Virus record (IMG/VR): IMGVR_UViG_3300045391_004375 | Span: 16,816 to 80,815 of that record | From: a virus | Taxonomy: Duplodnaviria > Caudoviricetes | Reading direction: 5' to 3' (one strand) | DNA: 64,000 nt | Shown: positions 1-8,955 of the stretch, in pieces | How the letters are laid out: each line of letters begins with the position of its first letter | How positions within the stretch are numbered: position 1 is the stretch's first letter | Notes under the pieces: generated by a model | Database searches by the model: none | The model's input: only the letters and a program-made list of their open reading frames with translations | Told to the model about the DNA's origin: nothing | Made by a program: the position numbers and the translations under genes

Positions 1-11
1 CGGCCAACACG

Positions 12-1289
12 CTAGAACGGAATGTCCTCGTCACGCAGTTCACGGCGCACCCCGGCGCCTCGGGTGGTGGTGGCCAGGCTGTCGAGGGTGGCCGAGGCCA
101 TCCGGGGGGCACCCCCCGGGTGGGCGCCCGGCTCCGGGGCGGGCGGTGATGCCGGGGGCTGCTCGGCGGCCTTCTTCGCGGGGGCCTTCCGGGCACGGGT
201 GGTCTTCTTGGCTGGCGGGGGCGGCTCGGCCGGCGCGGCGGCGTCGGCCCCGTCGGTCCAGGGTGCCGGTTTGGCGTCCGGGTCCCACACCCAGCCGGCC
301 GGCACCGGAAAGCTACCCACCGCGATCGAGGCCGGGCCCCGCCGCTGCTTCCACCGGTAGGTCGTCAACAACCCCAGGAACGCGTGCAGCTCCGACAGCT
401 CCGACAGCACCGGCTCGAACGTGTAGCCGTCCGGGCGGACCTGCAGCACCATCGCCCCGTGCGTGGCCAGCATCGGCCGCTCCTCACCGGTGCCGAACTT
501 CGGGGTGCACGTCTCGGCGTGCCGGTACGCGGTGAGCTGCAATGAGTGCTCGTCGTAGAGCTGCTTGCCCTCACCTTCGCGGGTCTTCAAGTCGACCAGC
601 ACGGTGGCCGGCCGGTACGGGTCGTGCGGGCACAGCCGGGCGCACAGCTTCGCCGCCTGCTTGTTCACCGGGTGGATCGTCGCCACCAGGTCGAGCGTGC
701 CGGCGTAGCGGTACGAGTGGTTCCACACGGTCATCTCGGCCGCCTGCACCGCCCGCGTGGTCAGCCCGAAGTCGTCCCACCACTGCCGCAGCGCGGCCAC
801 GTACGGCTCGATGACGTCCAAGGTGATGTAGTGCACCTCCCCGGCGCCGTCCTCCTGCCCGTTCTGCGCCGAGACGATCTTCTCCAGGGCGTCCTGATCC
901 GGCCACCCGTCGCGCAGCACCCGGTATTCGAGGACGTCGTGCAGGACGGAACCCTCCCGGCGGCGGCGGCTGGACTCACCGACGTGGAACAGCTCAACCC
1001 ACCGCTGCACACACGCCACACACTGGCCACATCGGTACGGTTCGGTCCGGGCCCACGCCCGGCCGCAGTCCTCGATGCGCTGGGCGACCAGCAGCTTGGG
1101 CAGGTTGTCGGCCGCCCGGCGGGCGGCCAGCTTCGCGGCCCACCACTTCAAGCCGTCCTTCTCGTAGATGCTCAAGGCGGAAGTCACCGAGTCGTACTGG
1201 GCGGGCGCCCCGGCCGAGTCCAAGCGGGTGGGGTGCTCGTAGAACTTCCCGCCGTCCTCGTCGGTGCGCCGCTGGGCCGGTTCAGCCAC
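12..1289 (-). CDS. PD-(D/E)XK exonuclease (Cas4/RecB-like phage recombination nuclease)
   Basis: YDSVTSAL..LKWWAA N-terminus and YAGTLD..VDLKT..LQLTAY nuclease motifs; Pro/Lys/Ala-rich tail. Confidence 0.75.
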   Translation of the reverse strand: MAEPAQRRTDEDGGKFYEHPTRLDSAGAPAQYDSVTSALSIYEKDGLKWWAAKLAARRAADNLPKLLVAQRIEDCGRAWARTEPYRCGQCVACVQRWVELFHVGESSRRRREGSVLHDVLEYRVLRDGWPDQDALEKIVSAQNGQEDGAGEVHYITLDVIEPYVAALRQWWDDFGLTTRAVQAAEMTVWNHSYRYAGTLDLVATIHPVNKQAAKLCARLCPHDPYRPATVLVDLKTREGEGKQLYDEHSLQLTAYRHAETCTPKFGTGEERPMLATHGAMVLQVRPDGYTFEPVLSELSELHAFLGLLTTYRWKQRRGPASIAVGSFPVPAGWVWDPDAKPAPWTDGADAAAPAEPPPPAKKTTRARKAPAKKAAEQPPASPPAPEPGAHPGGAPRMASATLDSLATTTRGAGVRRELRDEDIPF

Positions 1290-1292
1290 GAA

Positions 1293-1601
1293 CTACTCCT
1301 CTGTGGTGGTGGCCGGTGCGGACTCGGCGTCCATCGCCTCCGGGTAGCGGCTCTGGTGCCACTTGCGCACCGACTCGTGCGACACGTACTGGTCGATCAG
1401 GACGGACAACCTGGGCGCGATGTCCCGGTACGACACCTTCGGCAGTGGCGCCTCCGGCGGACCGGGGTAGCGCACGGCGTTGATCCAGTCGGCCGCGTCC
1501 ATGCCGAGCACGACGCTGGCGTACTTGTACTTCATGCCATCCTGGCCGGACAGGCCCGGCGGTGGCGAAGAGTCCTGGGGTTGGGTGGGGGGAGTGCTCA
1601 C
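1293..1601 (-). CDS. small HTH protein, candidate immunity repressor
   Basis: SYRDIAPRL..VSHESVRKW looks like a helix-turn-helix; divergent from the early operon across an operator cluster. Confidence 0.5.
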   Translation of the reverse strand: MSTPPTQPQDSSPPPGLSGQDGMKYKYASVVLGMDAADWINAVRYPGPPEAPLPKVSYRDIAPRLSVLIDQYVSHESVRKWHQSRYPEAMDAESAPATTTEE

Positions 1602-1607
1602 GCTTCC

Positions 1608-1682
1608 AGCAGATCACGAAGACAACTCCGCTGTCAAGCAGCCGAATTGACAAGTCACTTGACAACTTCTGTGACATATGCT
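1608..1682. promoter_or_regulatory. divergent promoter/operator region
   Basis: Leftward TTGACA (1637-1632) with TCTGCT 18 nt away; operator-like sites at 1619-1637, 1647-1665 and 1659-1677. Confidence 0.6.
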
Positions 1683-1728
1683 GAGATGAAGGCTCGTACG
1701 CATCCGCCACGACGGCATGGGAGTTGTC

Positions 1729-1947
1729 ATGGATGAGGCCCGGATCCTCGGCCTGTTCGAAGACCTGTGCGACCTGGCCCAGCTCGCCGAGGAGCATAAC
1801 CGGCAGCCCCAGTTCGCGCGAGTCCTCGACGCGTTCCGGCGCGGCCTGCTCAGCACCGGCGACCGCCGGCTGGAAGGCATCCGCCTGCTGGCCTACTGGG
1901 ACCGGGCCGAGCGGCCCCTCCCCCGCGACCCGGAGCTGGTCAAGTGA
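1729..1947 (+). CDS. hypothetical protein, first gene of rightward operon
   Basis: GC3-biased ORF; stop overlaps next start (GTGA). Confidence 0.6.
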   Translation: MDEARILGLFEDLCDLAQLAEEHNRQPQFARVLDAFRRGLLSTGDRRLEGIRLLAYWDRAERPLPRDPELVK

Positions 1948-2291
1948 GCGCCAAGCGGCGTCGCCAGGGCGACTGTGCCGCCTGTGGCCGCTTCGGGGAG
2001 ATCCACGCCCGGGGGCTGGACAAGAACTGCTACATGTGGGCCTGGAGCCATCGCCGGCTCGACCAGTACCAGCGTGTCCACACGGTCAATGACGACATGC
2101 TCGACGAGTGGAAGCTGTACGCCAGCGCGGCCGGCCCGACCGCCACCATTGCCAGCATCGCCGGCCGGATGGGTGTCAGCAAAGCCGCCCTCTACGTCGC
2201 GCTCAGCCGCGCCCGCAGGCGGGGCGACCCCCGGGCGGTCAGCCTCCCCACCCGCCAGGAACGCCGCGAACGTGCGAAGGTGGAGTCATGA
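1944..2291 (+). CDS. Cys-motif plus HTH DNA-binding protein
   Basis: CAAC..C motif then IASIAGRMGVSKAALY HTH. Confidence 0.6.
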   Translation: MSAKRRRQGDCAACGRFGEIHARGLDKNCYMWAWSHRRLDQYQRVHTVNDDMLDEWKLYASAAGPTATIASIAGRMGVSKAALYVALSRARRRGDPRAVSLPTRQERRERAKVES

Positions 2292-2983
2292 TGCTGCTGT
2301 TGAAGCTGGTGGTGTTTCTGCTGGCCGTCGGGGTGCCGGCGGTCGGCTTCGGGCTGGCCCGGGAAGCCTGGGCCCGCCGCCGCAACCGGGTCGCCGAGGC
2401 CCACGCGCTGACCACGTTCGAGCAGTCGCAGGCGGCCCCGGCCGTCGCCCGGGTGTCGATGGCGGACCTGGAGGAGCGGCGCCGCTCGGCCGCCTGGAAG
2501 GCCAGTTTCGACGCGGCCATCGCCGACCTGAACGCCCGCTTCGACGCGATCGTGGCCGACCTGGAGGCCTCCGGCGACCGGCTGCCCCTGCCGATGCCGC
2601 CGCTGGTCGCCCTGTACGACCTGGACGGGTCGGCTCCGGTCGCGGTCGACGACGTCCCGGCCGCACCGGTCGCCCGGGAACCGATCCTGGATGAGCTGGC
2701 CCGGTTCGACCCGGCCGGCGCCCTGGAGGTCATCCGGGAACAGAACGAGCAGCCCACGGTCTTCTCCTGGCACACCCAGGAGTTGCCGGCGGTGGAGCTG
2801 GCCGAGCTGTTCCAGCCGGGCACCTCCGGGGCGCTGGAGCCGCTGGGACCGCTTGGGCCGATGGCCGCACCGGCGCACTCCGTGGTCAGACCGTACGTGC
2901 TGGCCCTGGAGCAGTCCCGCACGATCCGGTTCCGAACGGACGACGTACCGACACCCCGCCACGCCCTGCCCGCCACCGACTGA
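2288..2983 (+). CDS. membrane-anchored hypothetical protein
   Basis: N-terminal hydrophobic helix; coupled to the previous stop. Confidence 0.65.
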   Translation: MMLLLKLVVFLLAVGVPAVGFGLAREAWARRRNRVAEAHALTTFEQSQAAPAVARVSMADLEERRRSAAWKASFDAAIADLNARFDAIVADLEASGDRLPLPMPPLVALYDLDGSAPVAVDDVPAAPVAREPILDELARFDPAGALEVIREQNEQPTVFSWHTQELPAVELAELFQPGTSGALEPLGPLGPMAAPAHSVVRPYVLALEQSRTIRFRTDDVPTPRHALPATD

Positions 2984-2994
2984 AAGGACACGTC

Positions 2995-3780
2995 GTGCCC
3001 ACCACCACGACCTCCCCCGACTTCCCGGCCGTGCTGGCCGCCCGACGGGCCTACATCTCGGCCGCCGCCCCCTGCATGGGCTGTGGCGCCACCCGGGCCT
3101 TCTGCGACGCCCTGCGCGAGCAGAACACCGACCCGAGCGCACCCGGCTTCGGCTGCTGCGGGTGCGCCTACAACACCGGCGTCATGGACTGGTGCCAGCA
3201 CCAGGAGTCCCGGACCCTGCACGACAAGCTGCTGGATGAGGTGGCCAGCGGCACCGTGCGCACCGTCGAAGAGGCCTACCCGCCATCGGCCCGCCGGGCG
3301 ACCGGCCCGGTGAAGGCCCCCATCTCGTGGCTGATCGATCAAGGCGAATGGTGGCAGCCGAAGGTCGGCCCCATGGTCCGCATCGCCACCATGACCGACA
3401 CCCACCGGCTGCACCTGATGCGGTGGCTGGAGCGGCGGGCCCCCTCGATGGCCACCCTGATGATGTGGAACATGGCCAGCGGCCCGCAGCCGTCTGGGGA
3501 CGCGGCCTGCGACGCGTTCGAGGCCGAGATGGACCTCCTGCAGGACCACCCGGTCGAGTGGCTGCACACCACCGAGCTGTACCGGGCCCTGGCCCGGGGG
3601 ATGCCTTCGCCGGACGGCGGCAAGCGGTCCCGCAAGCGTTGGGGAAAGCTGCTGCGGCGGGCCGAGCACTACTCGACGTGCCCGGCCAACCGGGACCTGA
3701 AGGCCGAATGCCGGTGCGGCCCTGAGGCGAACGATGAGGTGAACGGCCCCGGCCTGGAACCGGGCGGGGATGCGCCGTGA
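2995..3780 (+). CDS. hypothetical phage protein with Cys motifs
   Basis: Long GC3-biased ORF after AAGGA RBS. Confidence 0.65.
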   Translation: MPTTTTSPDFPAVLAARRAYISAAAPCMGCGATRAFCDALREQNTDPSAPGFGCCGCAYNTGVMDWCQHQESRTLHDKLLDEVASGTVRTVEEAYPPSARRATGPVKAPISWLIDQGEWWQPKVGPMVRIATMTDTHRLHLMRWLERRAPSMATLMMWNMASGPQPSGDAACDAFEAEMDLLQDHPVEWLHTTELYRALARGMPSPDGGKRSRKRWGKLLRRAEHYSTCPANRDLKAECRCGPEANDEVNGPGLEPGGDAP

Positions 3781-3929
3781 AGCGGGTCGCCGGACTGCTG
3801 GAAATCACCGGTGGCCTGCTGGTGTTCTGGGCCGCCGCATCGGCCGACGCCCCGGCCGGCCCGGTCCTGCTGGGCGTCGCACTCGTTGTGCTGGTGCTCG
3901 GGTTCATCACCTACGGGAGTGCATCCTGA
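3777..3929 (+). CDS. small 2-TM membrane protein (50 aa)
   Basis: GTG overlapping upstream TGA; MKRVAGLLEITGGLLVFW..; not in the ORF track. Confidence 0.55.
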   Translation: MKRVAGLLEITGGLLVFWAAASADAPAGPVLLGVALVVLVLGFITYGSAS

Positions 3930-3980
3930 CAAGTTGATCTCACATAAAACGGCCTCTGGCCTGCACAAACACGAATATGC

Positions 3981-4009
3981 TTGACAACTGAGTTGTCACG
4001 CACTACTGT
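3981..4009 (+). promoter_or_regulatory. sigma70-type promoter with overlapping palindromic operator
   Basis: TTGACA-17 nt-TACTGT; TTGACAACTGAGTTGTCAC palindrome at 3981-3999. Confidence 0.8.
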
Positions 4010-4049
4010 GGTGTGTGTCAAGGAAACACCACCACCCAGGAGGCCCCAG

Positions 4050-4625
4050 ATGACCGGCACGTCCGCCACCCTCGCCTCGCTCCGCAGCTACACCGCCCCG
4101 TCGGCCGCCGGCCTGCGCGAGGTGGCCGTCCGGCAGGCCGCCGCCCTGCGCACCGTCACCGACCGGCCGGCTGGCGCGACCCGCACGGTCCGCCCGGTGC
4201 GCCCGACCGTCGCCACCCCGGCCCCGGCCCGTCCGGCCAGCCCGACCTTCGCCGAGGTGGACGCCCTGCTCGCGCAGATCCCCACCGGCCGGTACGCGCT
4301 GCCCCGCACCGTGGCCAGCGGCTCCGGCAACATGATCACCTTCTTCGAGGTGCGCGAGCTGAAGCGGACCGGCAAGCGCCAGATCGTGCAGCTCATCGGC
4401 AGCACCGGCGACTACGAGCGCCAGCCGCTGCGGCTGAACCTGCAGTTCCACGCGGCCCGGCACATCCTGGAGTCCATCGAGCACGCCGCCGCCCTGTACG
4501 GCCGCACCGCCAAGGAGTGCGGCTTCTGCGCCGCCAGCGGGCGCACCTCCCCGCTGTCCAACAGCCGCTCCCTGGCCGTCGGCTACGGCCAGGGCTGCGC
4601 CGAGAAGTACGGTCTGCCCTGGTAA
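4050..4625 (+). CDS. DUF6011-like Zn-finger domain protein
   Basis: C-terminal CGFC..PLSNSRSLAVGYGQGCA; GGAGG RBS. Confidence 0.65.
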   Translation: MTGTSATLASLRSYTAPSAAGLREVAVRQAAALRTVTDRPAGATRTVRPVRPTVATPAPARPASPTFAEVDALLAQIPTGRYALPRTVASGSGNMITFFEVRELKRTGKRQIVQLIGSTGDYERQPLRLNLQFHAARHILESIEHAAALYGRTAKECGFCAASGRTSPLSNSRSLAVGYGQGCAEKYGLPW

Positions 4626-4695
4626 TGCCACCCACCCGGGGGCCCCGGCCCCCGGGCACCGTTCCCGTCCACCATCCACCACTGGAGGCCCAGCA

Positions 4696-5424
4696 ATGTC
4701 CGAGCAGCCCACCACCGGCGCCAACGCCGCCAAGCTGCGTATGGTCCAGCTCCTGCTCGCCAAGGCCAGCGACCCGGCCGCCACCGCCGAAGAGTCCGCC
4801 GTCTACATGGAGAAGGCCACCGAGCTGATGGCCAAGTACGGCATCGAAGAGGCCATGATCAACGAGGCCAAGCCGGCCGGCGAGCGCGAGCAGGTCACCC
4901 GCAAGCAGATCGTCATCCCGGCCCCGTACGCGCTGGAGAAGCGCACCCTGCTCAACGAGATCGGCAAGGCGTTCGGTGTGCGCACCATCCACCACAGCGG
5001 CACCAAGCCGTTGCGGGTGACCATGTTCGGGTACCCGTCCGACCTGACCACGGTGGAGGCCCTGTTCGCCTCCCTGACCTTGCAGGCCACCCGGGACGTG
5101 CTGCGCGAAGAGGTGCCCTACTGGGACAACACGGCCGCCTTCCGGCGCACCTTCCTGGTCGGCTTCGCCGCCGTGGTGGGCCGCCGGCTGGCCGACATGT
5201 ACCGCAAGGTGGAGCGCGAGCAGACCGCCACCACCCCCGGCACCGCCCTGGTGCTGGCCGACCGGCGCCAGGCCGTGGACGTCGCCTTCGCCGAGGCGTT
5301 CCCCAGGACCACCAGCCAGAGCCGGAACCTCTCCGGCAGCGGCGGCCGGGCCGGGCGCGCGGCCGGGCACCGGGCCGACCTGGGCGGCCACAAGGTCGGC
5401 GGCGGCCGGCGGGCCCTGGGCTGA
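4696..5424 (+). CDS. DUF2786 domain protein
   Basis: VQLLLAKA..TAEES..YMEKATELMAKYGI signature. Confidence 0.75.
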   Translation: MSEQPTTGANAAKLRMVQLLLAKASDPAATAEESAVYMEKATELMAKYGIEEAMINEAKPAGEREQVTRKQIVIPAPYALEKRTLLNEIGKAFGVRTIHHSGTKPLRVTMFGYPSDLTTVEALFASLTLQATRDVLREEVPYWDNTAAFRRTFLVGFAAVVGRRLADMYRKVEREQTATTPGTALVLADRRQAVDVAFAEAFPRTTSQSRNLSGSGGRAGRAAGHRADLGGHKVGGGRRALG

Positions 5425-5431
5425 CATGCCA

Positions 5432-5469
5432 GCCGGCCCCGCCCGGACTTCCCCCCGGGCGGGGCCGGC
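5432..5469 (+). terminator. GC-rich hairpin, probable terminator
   Basis: 15-bp perfect inverted repeat just after the stop codon. Confidence 0.55.
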
Positions 5470-5507
5470 ACATCGAACTGACCAGCGACAACGAAGGAGC
5501 AAACACC

Positions 5508-6068
5508 ATGCGCACGAAAGATCTCCTGGGCAAAGTCCAGGACGTGTACTACCCGGGCACCTGGGGTGACCGCAGGGCCTACCGGGAAGACCGGGAAGAC
5601 CCAGAGCAGCTGCGGTGGACCTGCAACGGCAAGGGCTACGCCCGGCAGGGTGGCTCGTACTCGATGACCTACTCCGAGGTGCAGCCGGACACTCGGGTCC
5701 GGGTGACGCACCTGCGGCTGACCCGCCCGGACGGTCGCGGTGGTCAGCGGGTCGAGTTCGCCACGCCCGGCCAGATCATCGGCCCCTACGACGAGGTTGT
5801 CGCCGCCCGCCGGCCGGTCATCGCCGAGACGAAGGCCCGACGGCAGGCCGCAGAGGATCGGCGGAGCGCTGCCGCACAGCGCACGGAAACCCTCTCCCGG
5901 GAGGTGGCCCGGCTGATCGCCCTGCTGGAGCTGCCGGTGGAGCACTTCTACCGGCCCCCCACCAACGATTACGAGAACCCCAAGATCGCGGTAGACCTGA
6001 ACACGTTGCGCCAGATCCTGTTCGATCTGGCCAACCTGCGGAAGGCCGCCGAGCGGCCCGACGTCTGA
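5508..6068 (+). CDS. hypothetical protein
   Basis: AAGGAG RBS; GC3-biased ORF. Confidence 0.7.
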   Translation: MRTKDLLGKVQDVYYPGTWGDRRAYREDREDPEQLRWTCNGKGYARQGGSYSMTYSEVQPDTRVRVTHLRLTRPDGRGGQRVEFATPGQIIGPYDEVVAARRPVIAETKARRQAAEDRRSAAAQRTETLSREVARLIALLELPVEHFYRPPTNDYENPKIAVDLNTLRQILFDLANLRKAAERPDV

Positions 6069-6148
6069 CAGACGACTTGACAGGGATCGATGGGCCTGCT
6101 TCGCTGTGCCACGTGCATGTGCACCCAGGCAGGCCCACCACCACGCAC

Positions 6149-6221
6149 GGGCTCGTAACTCAGCGGTCAGAGTCGCCGCCTCTAAAGCGCGCGGTCGCCG
6201 GTTCGAATCCGGCCGAGCCCT
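6149..6221 (+). tRNA. tRNA with CUA anticodon (amber suppressor / Pyl-like loop)
   Basis: 73-nt cloverleaf: GGGCTCG/CGAGCCC acceptor, ACTC/GAGT D stem, loop CTCTAAA, GCCGG-TTCGAAT-CCGGC T arm; anticodon stem imperfect; no encoded CCA. Confidence 0.8.
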
Positions 6222-6247
6222 CGCGCCCCAGCCGGGGCCACGCCGAG

Positions 6248-6317
6248 AACTACACGGGTGTAACTACACCGGTGGAATTTCACGGCGGTAACTCCACGGA
6301 AGGAACTACCCGGATGA
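6248..6317 (+). repeat. five degenerate 14-bp tandem repeats (AACT[A/C]CACGG core)
   Basis: Units start at 6248, 6262, 6276, 6290 and 6304. Confidence 0.75.
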
Positions 6318-7183
6318 GATTCTTCAACCGCCTGACCGGCGGGGCGGTCGCCCTCGCGGTGGTCAGCCTCGGCGTGATCGCCGCAGCCGGCGCCGCGTCG
6401 GCCGACATCGCCCCCGACTGCAAGACCGTCACGATCCACTACACGAACCGGCCGGACAGCGGCAACCACGGCACCTGGGCCACCGACACCTTCGCCCGGG
6501 TGATCCAGGTCTGCCACGACACGACCGTCAAGCCGGCCGAGAGCATCGCCGTCCAGGCGTGGCACTACAAGGCCATCGTGCACGACAACGGCACCTTCGT
6601 GACGGTCGGCGGGGCCAGCAACTCGCCGAACGAGGGCCACGCCGTGCACGGCGGCACGCCCGGCGTCATGGTCGGCGGGTTCACCGCGACCTTCACCGCC
6701 CCCCACGACTGGGGCTACTGGAACGGCGACGCGTTCAACGGCAAGACGCTGAACGGCCCGGCCGGCGACACCAACCCGACCACATCGAACGTGGTCAAGG
6801 CGTTGTGGACGGACGGGTTCGAAGGCAACAGCATCAACAACGACTGGAAGTGGGTGTACCGCACCTGCGCCAAGGGTGACAAGTGCGTCGAGCAGTGGAT
6901 CGACGCCTACCCGTCGGACGGTGCGGGCAGGCGGGACGGCGACATCACCGGCAAGCCGTGCCCGTCCGCCTCGGCCTCGACCAGCTCCACCGCCACGCCC
7001 ACCGGCACGCCGAGCCTGCACACCGGCAGCCCGGTCGTCCAAGTGACCGGCTCGACCGCCGCCGGCCTGCCGGTGACCGGCTCGAAGACCACCGTCATGG
7101 CCGGCGGGGCCGCCGTGCTGATCCTCGCCGGGACCGGCCTGTTCCTGCTGGCGCGGCGCCGCCGGGTCCGTTTCGAGGCGTGA
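6314..7183 (+). CDS. secreted LPXTG (sortase) cell-wall-anchored protein
   Basis: Signal peptide ending AASA; Ser/Thr linker; LPVTG + hydrophobic helix + RRRR tail. Confidence 0.85.
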   Translation: MRFFNRLTGGAVALAVVSLGVIAAAGAASADIAPDCKTVTIHYTNRPDSGNHGTWATDTFARVIQVCHDTTVKPAESIAVQAWHYKAIVHDNGTFVTVGGASNSPNEGHAVHGGTPGVMVGGFTATFTAPHDWGYWNGDAFNGKTLNGPAGDTNPTTSNVVKALWTDGFEGNSINNDWKWVYRTCAKGDKCVEQWIDAYPSDGAGRRDGDITGKPCPSASASTSSTATPTGTPSLHTGSPVVQVTGSTAAGLPVTGSKTTVMAGGAAVLILAGTGLFLLARRRRVRFEA

Positions 7184-7196
7184 GCAGGAGCCGACG

Positions 7197-7625
7197 GTGA
7201 CCACGATCAGCCTCGGGGCCCGCCTGAAAGCCGGGTTCGTCGCGGCCGGCCTGCTGGCCGTCGTGGTCACCGGCGGCCCCCACCTGCTCACGCTGACCAC
7301 CGGTCCCACCCGCACGGTGCGGCTGGTCAGCTCCTGGGAGCAGGGCGACAACGCCACCATGTCGTGGACGGTGTCGGACCCGCCCAGCAACGGCCGCTCC
7401 GCACTGAGCAAGTCACACATGCTGGTGCCCTACCCGCCGGTCGTGTACGTGCAGGCCCGCACCGGCGCGGTGGTCACGCTGACCACCGTGGCCGGCGGCG
7501 GGTACACCTACTGCCAGATCAAGATCGTCGGCGAGAAGCGGGTGCCGAAAAGCCCACCGATCACCGTCACCGGCCTGGACGGCAAGGCGTCCTGCAGCCG
7601 CACCGTCACCAACCCGCCCTCGTGA
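7197..7625 (+). CDS. membrane-anchored MmpS-like beta-sandwich protein
   Basis: N-terminal TM helix; YCQIKI..ASC two-Cys C-terminus. Confidence 0.5.
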   Translation: MTTISLGARLKAGFVAAGLLAVVVTGGPHLLTLTTGPTRTVRLVSSWEQGDNATMSWTVSDPPSNGRSALSKSHMLVPYPPVVYVQARTGAVVTLTTVAGGGYTYCQIKIVGEKRVPKSPPITVTGLDGKASCSRTVTNPPS

Positions 7626-7677
7626 TCCACCACGCCAACCGCCACGCCAACCACCACGTTCGAACGGAGTCCACCAC

Positions 7678-7977
7678 ATGATCAGCGCCTCGCTCGCCCT
7701 CAAGCTCGCCGCCGTGGCCGCCGGCTGCCTCGCGTCGCTCGGCGTGTGCGACCCGGCCAAGTCCGACGCCCCCGAGCCGACCCCGGACAACATCGTCGAT
7801 GGCACCCACACCCAGGTCATCCGGATGCCCGACGGGTTCCGCAACATCGCCTTCACCTGCTACGGCCACAACGGCCTGTACGTCACCAGCCGGGGCGCCT
7901 TCCAGACCGGCGCCAAGGATCTGACCCCCCTCGCCTCCAGCGTCACCGTCGTGCCCGACGACGAGCACTGCAAGTAG
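7678..7977 (+). CDS. small secreted protein
   Basis: Signal-like N-terminus; MPDGFRNIAFTC..NGLYVTSR. Confidence 0.65.
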   Translation: MISASLALKLAAVAAGCLASLGVCDPAKSDAPEPTPDNIVDGTHTQVIRMPDGFRNIAFTCYGHNGLYVTSRGAFQTGAKDLTPLASSVTVVPDDEHCK

Positions 7978-8003
7978 GCTGTCCCGCAGCACAATGAACC
8001 ACT

Positions 8004-8043
8004 CCCGCCCCGGGCCGTTCCGGTGTAGCCGGCCCGGGGCGGG
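8004..8043 (+). terminator. GC-rich hairpin
   Basis: 14-bp perfect inverted repeat after the stop codon. Confidence 0.5.
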
Positions 8044-8086
8044 CCTGTTCCTGACCACCGACGCAGCCCAGGAGCCAACCCCCGTC

Positions 8087-8440
8087 ATGGACGACACACC
8101 CACCCAGGCCGACCAGACCCGCTTCGACCTGATCCGCCCGCACGGCATCGCGCCCAACACCGGCCCGAAAGTCAACCCGCCACCCTCCCGGCCCCGCACC
8201 GACCCGTCCGGCCGCCGCAAGCACCCCACCGGGCCGCTCCCCGGCGACCTGCTCGATGAGGCCACCCTGCGCAGGGTCGTCGCCAACCGTCGAGCCCGAC
8301 ACCAGCACCGCATGGACGTCTACGCCGAGGTCCAGGCCATCGGCTGGATGGCCATGGTGTGGGTAGGCGTGGTGCTGATCGGGTTGGCCGGGGTGATCCT
8401 GTGGGGCCTGTTCGCCGGCTGGGTGCACGTCCCCAGCTGA
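8087..8440 (+). CDS. membrane protein with C-terminal TM helix
   Basis: GGAG RBS; hydrophobic C-terminus. Confidence 0.6.
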   Translation: MDDTPTQADQTRFDLIRPHGIAPNTGPKVNPPPSRPRTDPSGRRKHPTGPLPGDLLDEATLRRVVANRRARHQHRMDVYAEVQAIGWMAMVWVGVVLIGLAGVILWGLFAGWVHVPS

Positions 8441-8448
8441 CCAGCCGT

Positions 8449-8478
8449 TTGACAACTGGCTTGACACAAGCGTATTGT
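8449..8478 (+). promoter_or_regulatory. promoter with operator-like site
   Basis: TTGACA-18 nt-TATTGT; TTGACAACTGGCTTGACAC. Confidence 0.7.
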
Positions 8479-8485
8479 GGGTGAC

Positions 8486-8635
8486 ATGACCACCATCTTC
8501 GATTTCTTCCGCAGCGCTCCGGCGTGGGCCATCAACCACCCCATGGTCGGCATCGGCCTGATGGCGCTGTTCCTGGTGCTCGTGCTGGCCGTCACCCGGG
8601 AGATCTCCCGGGTGCGCGACATGGACGGGAGCTGA
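8486..8635 (+). CDS. small membrane protein (49 aa)
   Basis: MTTIFDFF.. with one TM helix, directly after the promoter. Confidence 0.55.
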   Translation: MTTIFDFFRSAPAWAINHPMVGIGLMALFLVLVLAVTREISRVRDMDGS

Positions 8636-8638
8636 CGG

Positions 8639-8761
8639 GTGGACCTGCACCAGATCCTGCAGTGGGCCGCCGACAACCCCCTGGGGTGTGTGCTCGGCGG
8701 CAGCATCGCCGTTGGCGCGTTCTTCCTGCTGCGCGGTCTGTACGGGAACCGGGGGCGCTGA
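8639..8761 (+). CDS. small membrane protein (40 aa)
   Basis: GTG start; TGA overlaps the next ATG. Confidence 0.5.
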   Translation: MDLHQILQWAADNPLGCVLGGSIAVGAFFLLRGLYGNRGR

Positions 8762-8955
8762 TGTGGCACGACCTGATCGTGCAGTTCGGCGTGGTCCGTA
8801 TCGGGGTGACCGTGCTGCTCGCGGTAGCCGGCTGTCTGGTGCTGGTGGCCAGCCCGAACAAGCTCAAGTCCACCGTCGCCATCATCACCATCATGTTGAT
8901 GTTCGCCGTGACCTGGGGTTATGACCTGATCATGGCCTTGATCAAGGAGCACTGA
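8761..8955 (+). CDS. small 2-TM membrane protein
   Basis: MWHDLIVQFGVVRIGVTVLL.. Confidence 0.6.
   Translation: MWHDLIVQFGVVRIGVTVLLAVAGCLVLVASPNKLKSTVAIITIMLMFAVTWGYDLIMALIKEH

Noticed and set aside
6248-6317. Mini CRISPR array
   Set aside because: 14-bp degenerate units with no unique spacers; no cas genes. The Cas4-like nuclease at 12-1289 is a common phage exonuclease.
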